DNA of 46,637 nt from Armatimonadota bacterium. Its GTDB lineage: Bacteria > Armatimonadota > Armatimonadia > Armatimonadales > Armatimonadaceae. The stretch's first letter is position 1, and each line of letters opens with the position of its first letter. Positions 1 to 9,814 of the stretch are shown here, in pieces. Made by a program: the position numbers and the translations under genes. The notes beneath the pieces were generated by a model that saw only the letters and a program-made list of their open reading frames with translations, did no database searches and was not told the DNA's origin. The stretch lies in contig JAYUUO010000086.1 of NCBI GenBank assembly GCA_043754515.1, positions 1 through 46,637 of the forward strand, in the 5' to 3' direction.

Positions 1-1607
1 GAGGTCGGTCTGTCTTCGGGACGCGCGATCTTTTGCAGGTATTGGCCGCCGAGATTTCTACCATAGCTACTCGGCTCGACCGCGATACCGCCGGGTAGAA
101 CGAGCTGGCAGGTGAGTTGGGTATCCAGTCGCACCTTCTGCGTGTCGAGAGGGTCGCCGGATTGAATCCAGCGGTTCATCGAACTCTGTGCCTCTTCGCG
201 CAGGTTCGGGGGCAGTTCGCTCATCGGCATCCCCGCCGCGAACCCGAACCGCTCGGCGCGGTAGGCTTTGTCTACGGTTGCCAGAAGTGCCGGGGGCAGG
301 GCGTACGGGTCGTTCGGCGCGAACCCGATCAAGCCGAGCGGGTCTAGAGTTGCTACCTTGCTCGTGACCCCTTCGAGGAGTTTATACTGTTTGCTATCTG
401 CTTCCTCCGCCCAGTCGCTCCAGCGTAGCAGGCGGGTGGCGATCCCCTCGCGGTCGTAGGTGAGCAAGTAAACAGGTTCCCCCACTCTCTCGATCTTACG
501 GAAGGCGCCGCAGACCCCGAGGCAGACGCTTTGCAAAAGGTCGGAGGCGGTCACGGTCAAACCATTCCCGGTCACGCGCCGGATGACCGACAATGCAACA
601 ATGCGCTTGTCGCACCGCAGATCGAACCCGGTCGCTGCGCCGACCCGCGCGAGCAGTTCGCCAACCGTCTCGGTCTTCGCGCCGAGCGGTACGCCGACGC
701 CGAGCGCGGGCAGGGCGAGATCCAGATCGCAGGTCTTTAGTCGATTCGGCACGGCCTGGAGGATGGTGGCACCGAACGTCTTCTCCGGGGTTTTTCCATC
801 GCCGTGATTACGTTCGTCGGGCGCGTAGTCGAAATTGCCGGTGTACGCGGTGTCCGGCTCGCGGAGTTGCTTATCAATGTCACTCGAGAAACCGTAGTCG
901 TCGGAGTCGGACTTCTTGAACGAGAAATGTACCCGCCGCACGAGACGGAGCCGCGCTGTATCGGGCGCGAACTCCTGTTCCGCGCCTTCCTGCTTATAAG
1001 TATACGATCCTGGACCGGTGGCGATGGTCTTGTTCTTCTGGACGGTGATCTTGTCGAGTGGCAAAAAACTTCGCCATAGTTCTTGCTGTTCCGCGGTCAT
1101 GTCTGCCATCCCCAGTCCCGCCGCGCTGGTTACGGTAACCCACTGCTCGCGTGTCAGCAAGGAAAGCAGAACGCCGAACCGCTGGGTTATTTTCAGATTA
1201 GCGAGAGGGTCGGCGGGCTTGTTCGGCACCTCGGCTATGACACGCTGATCCCGTGGTGCCATAGCTGTGATGGTAGGGAGATTGAAGAGTCGACACGCAG
1301 AGCGGTCTGCGAACTGGCGTAGGGTCATAGCTCGCAAGAATCGTGCCTCCTCTCGGCCTCGGTCGCTCCGGAAGAACTCGGTGCTGTAGCCGATGTTTTC
1401 CGGGATCCATATCAGCACGCCATCCGTCTGGGGGTCGTACCGGAGCATGTCCAGAACCGAAGCAGATGGCGCGGGGGTTGCACTTGTGGGGGCGGGAGGG
1501 GTCACAAGGGCGGGAGGGGGAGTTTGTGCCAGACACGGCGCGGCCAGTGCCGCAGTCGCCGCGAGTGAGGCGGCGCGGGCCAGGAAGTGGATATATCGGT
1601 AGTTCAT
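1..1607 (-). CDS. Large secreted protein, tandem paralog of 1631..4423 (3'-truncated by window edge)
   Basis: Not in the ORF track. Manual translation from ATG 1607 (MNYRYIHFLARAASLAATAALAAPCLAQ..., signal peptide) gave no stop in the stretches read, and the frame is consistent to base 3. Shared blocks with the neighbour: SVLDMLRYDPQ/SLLDLLRYDPQ, GLGMADMT/GIGMADLT, VPNRLK/IPNRLK, PVYLLTYDREG/PIYLLTDDVEG, ATLDPL/ATLDPL. Confidence 0.85.
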   Translation of the reverse strand, partial: MNYRYIHFLARAASLAATAALAAPCLAQTPPPALVTPPAPTSATPAPSASVLDMLRYDPQTDGVLIWIPENIGYSTEFFRSDRGREEARFLRAMTLRQFADRSACRLFNLPTITAMAPRDQRVIAEVPNKPADPLANLKITQRFGVLLSLLTREQWVTVTSAAGLGMADMTAEQQELWRSFLPLDKITVQKNKTIATGPGSYTYKQEGAEQEFAPDTARLRLVRRVHFSFKKSDSDDYGFSSDIDKQLREPDTAYTGNFDYAPDERNHGDGKTPEKTFGATILQAVPNRLKTCDLDLALPALGVGVPLGAKTETVGELLARVGAATGFDLRCDKRIVALSVIRRVTGNGLTVTASDLLQSVCLGVCGAFRKIERVGEPVYLLTYDREGIATRLLRWSDWAEEADSKQYKLLEGVTSKVATLDPLGLIGFAPNDPYALPPALLATVDKAYRAERFGFAAGMPMSELPPNLREEAQSSMNRWIQSGDPLDTQKVRLDTQLTCQLVLPGGIAVEPSSYGRNLGGQYLQKIARPEDRPT

Positions 1608-1630
1608 AGGATAGTCTCTTGAAACGTTGT

Positions 1631-4423
1631 TCAACGGAGCTGGGTGTCGTTCGGGCGCGGCTTATCTGCCGTGGGGCGCGGCGACGGTGCCACATCATCG
1701 GGAAGGATCGCTAGTGCCTTGCGCACGCTCGCCGCGTCGCCGCCCGCTATGTTGTAGACGAAGCCTTTCCAGTTCGCCAGATCCTTCGCCATCTGCCCCC
1801 ACATCGGGCTGTAGAACGTTTCCATCAGTCGGTTCTGGGGCGCGATCATGGAAAGCAACGGATCACCGACTAGAAACGCTTGGGTCCGTTGCGAACCACC
1901 TCCGAACTGAACCGTAGCTTCCGGCACCACGTCCGGCTTGTTCCAGTGCGCATAGTAGGTTGAGCCTGTAACAAATACAGCGGCTGACGGAGAACTGATG
2001 TAAAGCGGTGTCGTCGGCGCGGCCCCGTTCAGAGCACGCCAGACACCCGTAAGCCAGGTCTTATTACGTCCGGCGCGATACTGCGCGAGTGTCTTGCGCC
2101 GGTCGGCATCGGGATCGAACGGCGCGGAAAGTACGTTGCGCAGTGCTACCGGGTTTTCAACGACGTCAATAGGATCGAGGGCGGTTTGTTGAACGCAGAC
2201 GGCTCTCAGATCAGGGGAGAATCCGAACCGCGTCGTGCTGTCCGCGACGAAATCGTTATCCGACCAGCCGGCATAACCTGGCGCGGCGACGTCTTCGAGT
2301 ACAACGGCGGATAGACCCGGCACCGAGGCAATGGCAGTCGCCGCCCGGACCGCGCTGTCGCCGCTCGGCACGACCCACCCGAGTTGCGCGGCTACCAGCA
2401 TCTCCCGGAACTCACGGGCTAAATCTTCCGGCAAACCGTTCGTGTCCAGAGAAAAATCCCAGTTTTTCGCCCATGCCTCGCCCGTGCGTCCGAGGACGTC
2501 GGTCTCATCGGGCGCATCGGGGTTGGCTTCGCGCTTACGGAGCCACCCGACCACCGCGCCCGTCGCCATGCCCGCCTTCTTCCCGCGCGAGACCGCGCTC
2601 GCTAAACGCCCCATCCGGTCGGGCGCGAACGGCACCCGGTACCACACCTCGTTGAACCCCTTTTGCCGCAACAGAGCGGACTGTGCCTCGCCCGCCGCGT
2701 CGTCTGTGTCGCTACCAGGAAGCGGCAACACTACGACGCGACGATGTACCCCAGGGTTAAGTTTCGCCAGCGATGTTTTCGAGGGCGGGGGGATGGCGAA
2801 GGACTTGCCGCTGTTCGAAATCTGCCGTAGAAATTGCTCCCCTATTTTACCGGAAAACCGCTCGGGGAAAGCACTACCGTCAGGGAGGATCCATTCACAA
2901 CGAAGGTCTATACTCAGCACTATGTTGTCACCGTCCATCGTCTCTGGTTTCCTTCCGAACCTTTCGCTGCTTTTTTTGAACGCATCCTGAAGGCCAGGGG
3001 GTAAGTTCGCGAGGGCGACGGTGGGGCCGGGGGCGTCGGCTTTACTTCGCAGGGCGGAATCCATTTCCTTCTGCGTCTCGGGCGATGGGGTAAGTGGATC
3101 ACCATCTTGGTAGCGGATAAATCGCAATGGATCCAGAGTGGCACTTTGCTTGGCCGCTTTATATACGGCAAGTTCTTTTCGCTTCTTAAGTCGCGCCGCC
3201 CAGGCATCGAACCGGGCGACACGTGTTCCCGTGCCTTCGACGTCGTCAGTCAGCAGATAAATCGGTTGACCGTCCGCGCCGACGAGGCGGCGGAACGCAC
3301 CGCCGACCGAGCGGCAAATAACTTTCAAAACGTCGCCCGCGCGGACAGACGCCCCGCCGGGGGCGACACGCGCCGCCATGGGAACTGAAGCGTAGCGCGA
3401 ATCCGCGACCACTACGAATCCGGTGGCGTTACGCACGGCAAGTATCAGATCGCCCACGGTTCGTTGCGCTTCACCGATGGAAACCGCCGCACCCATCGCG
3501 GGCTGACCGAAGTCAAGTTGCCCCATCTTAAGCCGGTTTGGGATCTCATGTGTGACCAATTCGCCGAATACCGTCTTCGTCTCATCGCCGGGATTATTCC
3601 ATCGTGATCCCTTACGCAGTTCCTTACGCTCTCTCTTTCCATCGGGACGTGTCGCTGTGATTTCGTCGCTGTATCCATCGGAACTACCCCCGTAAGTCTC
3701 GTCCCGATTCCCGACAGGATGGTAGGAGAGCAGAGTGCTTCGCGAGAGCCGCAGGTGCAAAGATTTGAAAGGAATCTCAATTGCCTTCGTTTCGGTTAGC
3801 ATCATCGCTCCATCGCGAGTCTCTCCGGGCTTAGTAGGCGCATACACTGAAGTGACGAGTTGTGCCGACTCGCCTTCCGACGGGCCTAAAAATAAAGCGC
3901 GTTGCTCGTCCGTTAAGTCCGCCATCCCGATCCCTGTTTTACTCCCTGCCTTCTCCCACTGCGCCTCGTCGAACCCGGCTATAAGTAGTTGCGCCCGCTC
4001 ATCGGCGTCCATGTCGGCGAACGGGTCGCCGGTGAGCGGAGGGTTACTCAAGACGGTAATCACGCGTGGAACGAACGCAGTGACCGCGCCCGCCGTGACG
4101 ACGCGACGCGACGTCAGGTCGGCGAACTGCGTCGGCGTCTTGCCCCCGAGATACTTGCGGGCTTTAGCGCGATTTTTAGTGCCGGCGGGGAGGCGCATGT
4201 CCGCGGTGATACTGTCCGCACCGTAGCCGATGTACAGGAGCGGCCCCTGCGCTTGCGGGTCGTATCGCAACAGATCCAACAGCGAGACGCTATCCGCCGC
4301 GGGCTTCGCTTCCCCGACTCGGGTTGGCGTCGGAACGGGCGGGGCGGCGTTCTGCGCGAGGACAGGCGCGCAAACAGCCGACAATGCTATAAGGGTGCGA
4401 ACACAGACAGGAAGGTTCGGCAT
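1631..4423 (-). CDS. Secreted 930-aa protein with a C-terminal glycosyl hydrolase-like family 10 (GHL10/DUF187)-like barrel
   Basis: Signal peptide (...APVLA-QN). C-terminal segments GFNEVWYRV, LASAVSRGKKAGM, VPGLSAVVLEDVAAPGY, FGFS...TALDPID and YRAGRNKTWLTGVWRALN resemble GHL10 motifs. Family call is by eye. Confidence 0.6.
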   Translation of the reverse strand: MPNLPVCVRTLIALSAVCAPVLAQNAAPPVPTPTRVGEAKPAADSVSLLDLLRYDPQAQGPLLYIGYGADSITADMRLPAGTKNRAKARKYLGGKTPTQFADLTSRRVVTAGAVTAFVPRVITVLSNPPLTGDPFADMDADERAQLLIAGFDEAQWEKAGSKTGIGMADLTDEQRALFLGPSEGESAQLVTSVYAPTKPGETRDGAMMLTETKAIEIPFKSLHLRLSRSTLLSYHPVGNRDETYGGSSDGYSDEITATRPDGKRERKELRKGSRWNNPGDETKTVFGELVTHEIPNRLKMGQLDFGQPAMGAAVSIGEAQRTVGDLILAVRNATGFVVVADSRYASVPMAARVAPGGASVRAGDVLKVICRSVGGAFRRLVGADGQPIYLLTDDVEGTGTRVARFDAWAARLKKRKELAVYKAAKQSATLDPLRFIRYQDGDPLTPSPETQKEMDSALRSKADAPGPTVALANLPPGLQDAFKKSSERFGRKPETMDGDNIVLSIDLRCEWILPDGSAFPERFSGKIGEQFLRQISNSGKSFAIPPPSKTSLAKLNPGVHRRVVVLPLPGSDTDDAAGEAQSALLRQKGFNEVWYRVPFAPDRMGRLASAVSRGKKAGMATGAVVGWLRKREANPDAPDETDVLGRTGEAWAKNWDFSLDTNGLPEDLAREFREMLVAAQLGWVVPSGDSAVRAATAIASVPGLSAVVLEDVAAPGYAGWSDNDFVADSTTRFGFSPDLRAVCVQQTALDPIDVVENPVALRNVLSAPFDPDADRRKTLAQYRAGRNKTWLTGVWRALNGAAPTTPLYISSPSAAVFVTGSTYYAHWNKPDVVPEATVQFGGGSQRTQAFLVGDPLLSMIAPQNRLMETFYSPMWGQMAKDLANWKGFVYNIAGGDAASVRKALAILPDDVAPSPRPTADKPRPNDTQLR

Positions 4424-4686
4424 GGGACGGTTTCTTTCTGGGCGGTTTCGGCCCCAAGGAAAAACTATTTCCGCGTGGCGTAACCAATCGCGTCACGGCG
4501 CGTCTATACAGATAGACGCACGTGGGGAGACGCGGTTACGAACTACCGGGGAATATTTCGGACTCGCCGAACTTTTCTCCGACACTGTTGTACCAATCAT
4601 TAGGAAAACACGAACTGATCCATTGAAGGTTAATGAGATGGGCGTTGTCAAACAGGGTATAACAAACTCAGTTGACACGCGGAGTA

Positions 4687-4716
4687 GCGGGAACCTAACG
4701 CCGGGCGGGAGTCGTA
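4687..4716 (+). promoter_or_regulatory. Putative ECF sigma promoter GCGGGAACC-N16-TCGTA
   Basis: AAC/CGTA elements typical of ECF promoters directly upstream of an ECF gene. An identical motif with identical spacing lies at 12379-12408. Confidence 0.6.
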
Positions 4717-4753
4717 TCAAATTTTTTAAGCGGGGGGCGACGCAGGAAACACA

Positions 4754-5359
4754 GTGAGCGAAACCAAAGCACTTGACATCAAAAACCTAGGGGCGTCGGC
4801 TGTCGAAGTTCTGTCGAAGCCGAAACGCGAGTTCGACGGGTTGGTACGCCGTTATCACAAACAGGCATACAACATCGCGTACCGGCTGACCGGCAACCAC
4901 ACCGACGCCGAAGACCTGACGCAGGAAGCGTTCGTCCGCGCTTTTCGCTTTTTCGGCAATTATCGCCGCGACCTACCGTTCGAGAACTGGCTGTATCGGA
5001 TCATGAGCAACCTGTTCGTGGACGACCTGCGCCGCAAGCCTAAAGTGCGCATTCAGTCCCTCGACGCGCCGGTTGGCAACGACCCGTCCGCCGAGTCGAA
5101 CGCGTTTCTAGAGATTCCCGATAACCGAGCCGAGCCGGAGCGGGTTGTACTGCATGAGGAGCTTGACGAGCGCATACAGAAGGCACTCGCCTCGCTACCC
5201 GCCGACTTCCGTATGACGGTCATCCTCGCCGACATTGAGGGGATGTCTTACGAAGAGATCAGCGAGACTATGAAGTGTTCGCTCGGCACAGTCCGCTCGC
5301 GGCTCCACCGCGGTCGCAAACTCTTACGAAACAAACTCGCCGGTTTCGGCGTAAGATAA
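4754..5359 (+). CDS. ECF-subfamily sigma-70 RNA polymerase sigma factor
   Basis: Region 2 (DAEDLTQEAFVRAF, FENWLYRIMSN) and region 4 (MSYEEISETMKCSLGTVRSRLHRGR). GTG start preceded by AGGA. Confidence 0.95.
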   Translation: MSETKALDIKNLGASAVEVLSKPKREFDGLVRRYHKQAYNIAYRLTGNHTDAEDLTQEAFVRAFRFFGNYRRDLPFENWLYRIMSNLFVDDLRRKPKVRIQSLDAPVGNDPSAESNAFLEIPDNRAEPERVVLHEELDERIQKALASLPADFRMTVILADIEGMSYEEISETMKCSLGTVRSRLHRGRKLLRNKLAGFGVR

Positions 5360-5376
5360 AACGGTAGACGAAATGG

Positions 5377-5409
5377 GGCGCGACGGTTTACCAGACCGCG
5401 CGCCTTTTT
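5377..5409 (+). terminator. Putative rho-independent terminator between sigma and anti-sigma genes
   Basis: GGCGCG-A-CGGT/ACCG-CGCGCC stem followed by TTTTT. Confidence 0.5.
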
Positions 5410-5489
5410 CTTGTCCCGATTTTCGGGCACCTGGTTCTCCGTGACGACGCTAGGTGACCGCACTCTAATGAAACAAGGGGTATCCCGGC

Positions 5490-6209
5490 TTGAATTGCCG
5501 TAAAGCAAGCAGTCTGTTATCCGCCTATATTGATCGCGAGTTGACCGGCATGGAAATGCTTGATGTTCGCGCCCATGTGGAGCAATGTACCGTGTGCCGC
5601 GCCGAGCAGGAGAGTCTTTCGCAGACGAAAAGGCTCCTCTCGTCTCTCTCGTATACCACGCCCCGTGCCGAGCTAGAACAGATGCTCGTAGTACGCGCCG
5701 AGCGCGCTAGCAACCCGAAACTGCTGGACCGCATCATGCCGCCCGAGTGGGGTGACGCGATGCTCTGGCGGTGGGAGGGCATCGGCAGTCTCGGCTCGCC
5801 ACGCCTTAGGTCCCTTGCCGCGACCGCGCTGTTATCACTAGCCGGGCTTTGCCTAGCAACCGTGAGCCGTCCCGCCGATGAATCGCCGTTCGGGGATACG
5901 CCGAACGCGGGGGCGTTCGCCGTTTATGTAGGCCCGACAGGGACGCTCACTCACATCCCCCTGATGCCAACCGTGGGTGATCTGGCACGCCCCGATCCGA
6001 ACGTGATATCGGCGTCGCTCGCGCCGAACGCCTCCGTCGGCGCGGCATGGCAGACGATGGCGACCCCTTCACTACCCGCCTCATACCGGAACTCGCGAGA
6101 TATTCCCGCGAATTGGGAGAACGACCTGATCCCGCCCGCTCACCGCCCCACGCCTTCGTTTTCTCGCTTCAACATGTCCGTCGTGATAGCCGCGTCACGA
6201 CCCCATTAG
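5490..6209 (+). CDS. Zinc-finger (zf-HC2/ZAS) transmembrane anti-sigma factor
   Basis: MNC...LLSAYIDREL...HVEQCTVC (HxxxCxxC), one TM helix, downstream of an ECF sigma. Confidence 0.88.
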   Translation: MNCRKASSLLSAYIDRELTGMEMLDVRAHVEQCTVCRAEQESLSQTKRLLSSLSYTTPRAELEQMLVVRAERASNPKLLDRIMPPEWGDAMLWRWEGIGSLGSPRLRSLAATALLSLAGLCLATVSRPADESPFGDTPNAGAFAVYVGPTGTLTHIPLMPTVGDLARPDPNVISASLAPNASVGAAWQTMATPSLPASYRNSRDIPANWENDLIPPAHRPTPSFSRFNMSVVIAASRPH

Positions 6210-6226
6210 GCGGGATATCGGTCGCG

Positions 6227-7078
6227 ATGGATGATCGGGGCGAGGCGAGGCGGATAACATTCGGTTTGATATCCGCCATCGCCGTAAATACATTGTTGCT
6301 GATCGGTGCCGGGCTACTGACGCGCGAACAACCGCCTCGCTCCTACGGCTTAGAGACAGGATTTATCACGCTCGAATACGTTGACAATTCCCCTGCGACG
6401 AACCCGCCGAAAGCCACCCCGACGCCGGGCGCGACCTCGCCACAGCAAGTCGCCCCTGCTCCGTCCTCCAGAACAATGATCGCGAGGGTACCGACCCGAC
6501 GCCACGCCGCGAAGCCGTTGAACGCGAAGCCGTTGAAGACGATTCCGCGCGGACTAACTCCGTCACCGTCTTCCCCGCCGACGCGCGGTGTCCCCCCCGC
6601 TTATGCCGACGAGTCGCCGATGCGCCCGGACGCGCCCGCGAGCGATAGCTCGTCACCAGAGGCGGCGGACTCAATTACCAACACGGGAACCGGTACCGCG
6701 ACGCCCCCTCTCCCGACCGGGGGCGCGGACGATACGGGGACCGCGAATCTAGACCCCGTAACACCCTCGCTCGCCGAGGACGCCAAACCGCCCACCGGCG
6801 CGTCGGGTCTCACGCGCGACGCCAGCGTGTCTCATCAGGAGTCGCCCTTCATCCCCGACGCACTCCGCGAAAGCGGCTACCGCTCCTCCGTGCTGGTGAG
6901 GGTCGAAATCGCGCGGGACGGCTCGTTCACTGTCGCGCTCGGCGCGTCCAGCGGGATGGTGGCGGTTGACGCGCTGGTACTAGAGTCGCTAAGGCGTTGG
7001 CGGTGGAACCCGGCACTCAAGAACGGCGTGCCGGTCGCGTCCTCGCAACAATTTCGCCTATCATTCGCCGTAAATTAG
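6227..7078 (+). CDS. TonB family energy transducer
   Basis: N-terminal TM helix, long Pro-rich linker and TonB_C (VLVRVEIARDG...SSG...D...WRWNPALKNGVPV). Start moved to ATG 6227, after the anti-sigma stop. Confidence 0.85.
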   Translation: MDDRGEARRITFGLISAIAVNTLLLIGAGLLTREQPPRSYGLETGFITLEYVDNSPATNPPKATPTPGATSPQQVAPAPSSRTMIARVPTRRHAAKPLNAKPLKTIPRGLTPSPSSPPTRGVPPAYADESPMRPDAPASDSSSPEAADSITNTGTGTATPPLPTGGADDTGTANLDPVTPSLAEDAKPPTGASGLTRDASVSHQESPFIPDALRESGYRSSVLVRVEIARDGSFTVALGASSGMVAVDALVLESLRRWRWNPALKNGVPVASSQQFRLSFAVN

Positions 7079-7139
7079 GCCGACGCGTCGGGTACAATAC
7101 TGGAGCGCGAACTCACAATCCGTCGCGCACGCGCAAACT

Positions 7140-7709
7140 ATGAAAATATATCCCTTCCGCTATCTCCTTCTCCTCGCTGGTATCGCGGCGACTGGGCTGA
7201 CTCTCGTCGGCTGTCCTAAAGAGGAACCGAAGCCCGGTGACGCCCCATATGGGCAAGCCGCCCCCCCGCCTCCCGCACGGACCGTCCCTACAGTCGGTGG
7301 CAGGGTCGCGCCGCCGGGTCCGCCCGCGACCAGTCAACCACCTATGGCCGGTGAATCGAACGCGGCGGTGCCTGGCGCGCCTCCCGCTGGGATGACGGGT
7401 GGACCGATAGCGGGCGGGCCAATGTCCGGGGGCGATCCGATGGCTCCCATGACGCCGACTCCCGAGCTTGATAAAGCCATCCAGGACGCGACCGCGAAGG
7501 GCGATAAGAAACGGCTCGCCGCCGCCTACGCGGGCCGGGGCTTCTCGCGCATGTACGACGACAAGGCGGGGCAACGGGTTCGGTACCGGATGGCACTCAA
7601 AGACTTCCGGGTCGCGCTCCAGAACGACCCGAACAACGACAAGGCGAAGACGAACAAGAAGAAGATTGAGGACATCTACGCTTCCATGGGGCGTCCCGTA
7701 CCTGAGTAA
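7140..7709 (+). CDS. Lipoprotein with a Pro-rich linker and C-terminal TPR-like helices
   Basis: Lipobox LVGC; YRMALKDFRVALQNDPNNDKAK is TPR-like; TACAAT upstream at 7093. Confidence 0.75.
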   Translation: MKIYPFRYLLLLAGIAATGLTLVGCPKEEPKPGDAPYGQAAPPPPARTVPTVGGRVAPPGPPATSQPPMAGESNAAVPGAPPAGMTGGPIAGGPMSGGDPMAPMTPTPELDKAIQDATAKGDKKRLAAAYAGRGFSRMYDDKAGQRVRYRMALKDFRVALQNDPNNDKAKTNKKKIEDIYASMGRPVPE

Positions 7710-7792
7710 GCCGCATTGTTCCTCTGCCGGTGCGAAAAACTACACCCAATCCCCCATTTCTAGTTACGGGCGGATGTTATTCGGGTAGAACC

Positions 7793-8194
7793 ATGGTGAA
7801 GACGTCGGACTTATCACATGACGCGGGCAAGGGCAGACAGATGATACTCGGACGAACAAGCGAAATCACGGAAAATAGGTGTTCGAACATTGACGACGAT
7901 TTGGCATTGACCACCGAAGCGCGGGGGGAGATGCTTATCGTGCGCGGCGACGTTGATCTCTATGCGGCCGCGGCGTTCCGTCAGGTCGTGGAGGATCATG
8001 TCCGAGCACATGCCAGCCCGGTACTTGATCTTTCCGGTGTACCCTTCCTTGATTCGGCAGGTCTCGCGGCTCTGCTGATGGTGGTGCGCGTCGCCCGCTC
8101 TCTGAGCCATCCGTTACAGGTCATTGCAAGTGGCAACCCGCGACGTGTCTTGCGGTTGACCGGCGTGGACAGGATGCTAGTCATTGAGGACTAG
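7793..8194 (+). CDS. STAS-domain anti-sigma factor antagonist
   Basis: VRGDVDLYAA, LDLSGVPFLDSAGL (phospho-acceptor Ser motif), RVLRLTGVD. Start is either 7793 or 7841. Confidence 0.9.
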   Translation: MVKTSDLSHDAGKGRQMILGRTSEITENRCSNIDDDLALTTEARGEMLIVRGDVDLYAAAAFRQVVEDHVRAHASPVLDLSGVPFLDSAGLAALLMVVRVARSLSHPLQVIASGNPRRVLRLTGVDRMLVIED

Positions 8195-8984
8195 ACTCAG
8201 TGGTGTCACCAACACAAAGATGGGCGGTGTCATTTACACAGGCGACCCGCCCGTTTTGTTTGGTTGATCCAATCCCGGCGAACTCGACCACGGATAGACT
8301 CGTGTTCTCCAAGCGAAAACAACGCATCCCCGCCGCGCCCAGACCCAGTACCAGGCAAAGTAGCGCGCGGAGTGAGCCGCCATGCCCGTAAACGAGCGTG
8401 ACACCCCCTGCCGCAGTCGGCATACTCTCGAGGTAGTTCATCATCACCCGTAGTGCACCGCCCATTCGCTCGAACACTTCGGCTTCCGTCTCGCCGCCGG
8501 GCGGCTCGTTTATGGAGTCGCGCCGTCTCGCGCGCAACTCGCCTGGTTCCATCCCCTCCCACTCACCGAAGTGCCGCTCGCGCAAGAGCGGCGTCGTGAT
8601 CAGTGGGAGCGACTCCAAAGCGGGAACTTGAATTTGCGCGATCCTCGCCGTTTCGGTCGCGCGAGAAAGATCGGAGGTGAACTGCGCCGCGACTTCGAGA
8701 GGATTACCCGCCAAGCGTGGTATTAATGGGCGCGGGTTAATCGGCCGACACGCCGCCCGAAGGCGGCTCCCGAGTAGTGATGCCTGCTCACGCCCGGTGG
8801 GAGAGAGCGGCACGTCGCGTTGCCCCTGTATTCTCCCCTCCGCATTCCACGCCGTTTGCGCATGACGTATCAGAACTAGTGTCCAGGGGTATCCGATCTG
8901 ATCAGTTAAAGCCGACGACGGCGCGGTCGCCCCTGCCCCGACCGTAGCGTCGGCGTTCGTGTCCGATGCCGGGGCAAACGTCAT
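8181..8984 (-). CDS. Histidine phosphatase (phosphoglycerate mutase) family protein
   Basis: LIRHAQTAWN, SDLSRATET, LRERHFGEWEG and GHGG motifs. Confidence 0.92.
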   Translation of the reverse strand: MTFAPASDTNADATVGAGATAPSSALTDQIGYPWTLVLIRHAQTAWNAEGRIQGQRDVPLSPTGREQASLLGSRLRAACRPINPRPLIPRLAGNPLEVAAQFTSDLSRATETARIAQIQVPALESLPLITTPLLRERHFGEWEGMEPGELRARRRDSINEPPGGETEAEVFERMGGALRVMMNYLESMPTAAGGVTLVYGHGGSLRALLCLVLGLGAAGMRCFRLENTSLSVVEFAGIGSTKQNGRVACVNDTAHLCVGDTTESSPQ

Positions 8985-9814
8985 TAATGCATCTCCCGCT
9001 TACCGTTGATATAGAGCGTGATAGGGGCACCCCCTGAACCTGACGAAGGAGCGACGATCGGGTCATTGCCGATCACGCCGTCCTTAAGGTCGGGCATAAG
9101 CCGGTCCAGATTACCGGCCCCGGCGAGCACCGCGACGTTTCCGGCTTTGTCGTGGATGTAGAAGGTCGGGGTGGCATCCACTTTCTGATCGGTGGCGACG
9201 CCGAGGTCACCGTCCACGAGTTTGCGGAGCGACTTTTCGTTCTTGCGATCCACCGCGAACCGGGCTGCATCCAGTCCCGCCGCGCTCGCGGCGGCGACGA
9301 GTTGCTTCTCAGTCAAATCCTCGTTTTTCTTGTCAAAGAGTTGTGCGTACATCTCCCAGAACTTGCCCTGCTTCGCGGCGGCCTCGGAGGCGATGGCGGC
9401 GGGAACCGCTCGCTCGTGCATCGGTAACGGCAAATGCACGAAGCCGACGCGGAACGCGGGGAGGGTTTTGTCCCAACCGACGATGGAGTCTTTGTAGGCG
9501 CGTCGGCACGACGGACACTGGAAGTCGGCGAACTCAACGACGGTCAACGTGGGCGTGATAGAACCCTTCCGGTGGCGTGCCTTGGCGAACAGCGCGTCTA
9601 CCTCCGCTGCGGTTACCATTGCGGGTACCACCGGGGGCGGGGGTGTCGGGGGCGCGCCGCCCAATTTGTTCAGGCCGAACATCGCGCCGCCGCCCAGCAG
9701 GATGATCAGCAGGGCGATTATCATGAACCGCGTTTCGCCGCTCACGCCGCTCTTCCGGGCGGGGCCGTCGGCTAGAGTCGGCTGGTCGGCGAGGGGTTTA
9801 TCAGAGGTTGTCAT
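8984..9814 (-). CDS. Membrane-anchored DsbA-family thioredoxin-fold protein
   Basis: N-terminal TM helix; VVEFADFQCPSC active site; QGKFWEM; ATPTF cis-Pro loop. Confidence 0.92.
   Translation of the reverse strand: MTTSDKPLADQPTLADGPARKSGVSGETRFMIIALLIILLGGGAMFGLNKLGGAPPTPPPPVVPAMVTAAEVDALFAKARHRKGSITPTLTVVEFADFQCPSCRRAYKDSIVGWDKTLPAFRVGFVHLPLPMHERAVPAAIASEAAAKQGKFWEMYAQLFDKKNEDLTEKQLVAAASAAGLDAARFAVDRKNEKSLRKLVDGDLGVATDQKVDATPTFYIHDKAGNVAVLAGAGNLDRLMPDLKDGVIGNDPIVAPSSGSGGAPITLYINGKREMH

Noticed and set aside
117..1917. Numerous short plus-strand ORFs and 1198..1698(-) in the ORF track
   Set aside because: They are shadows of the real minus-strand genes (1..1607 and 1631..4423).
7680..7709. 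The lipoprotein ends in ...RPVPE, reminiscent of the PEP-CTERM VPEP motif
   Set aside because: No TM helix or basic cluster follows, so it is not a sorting signal.
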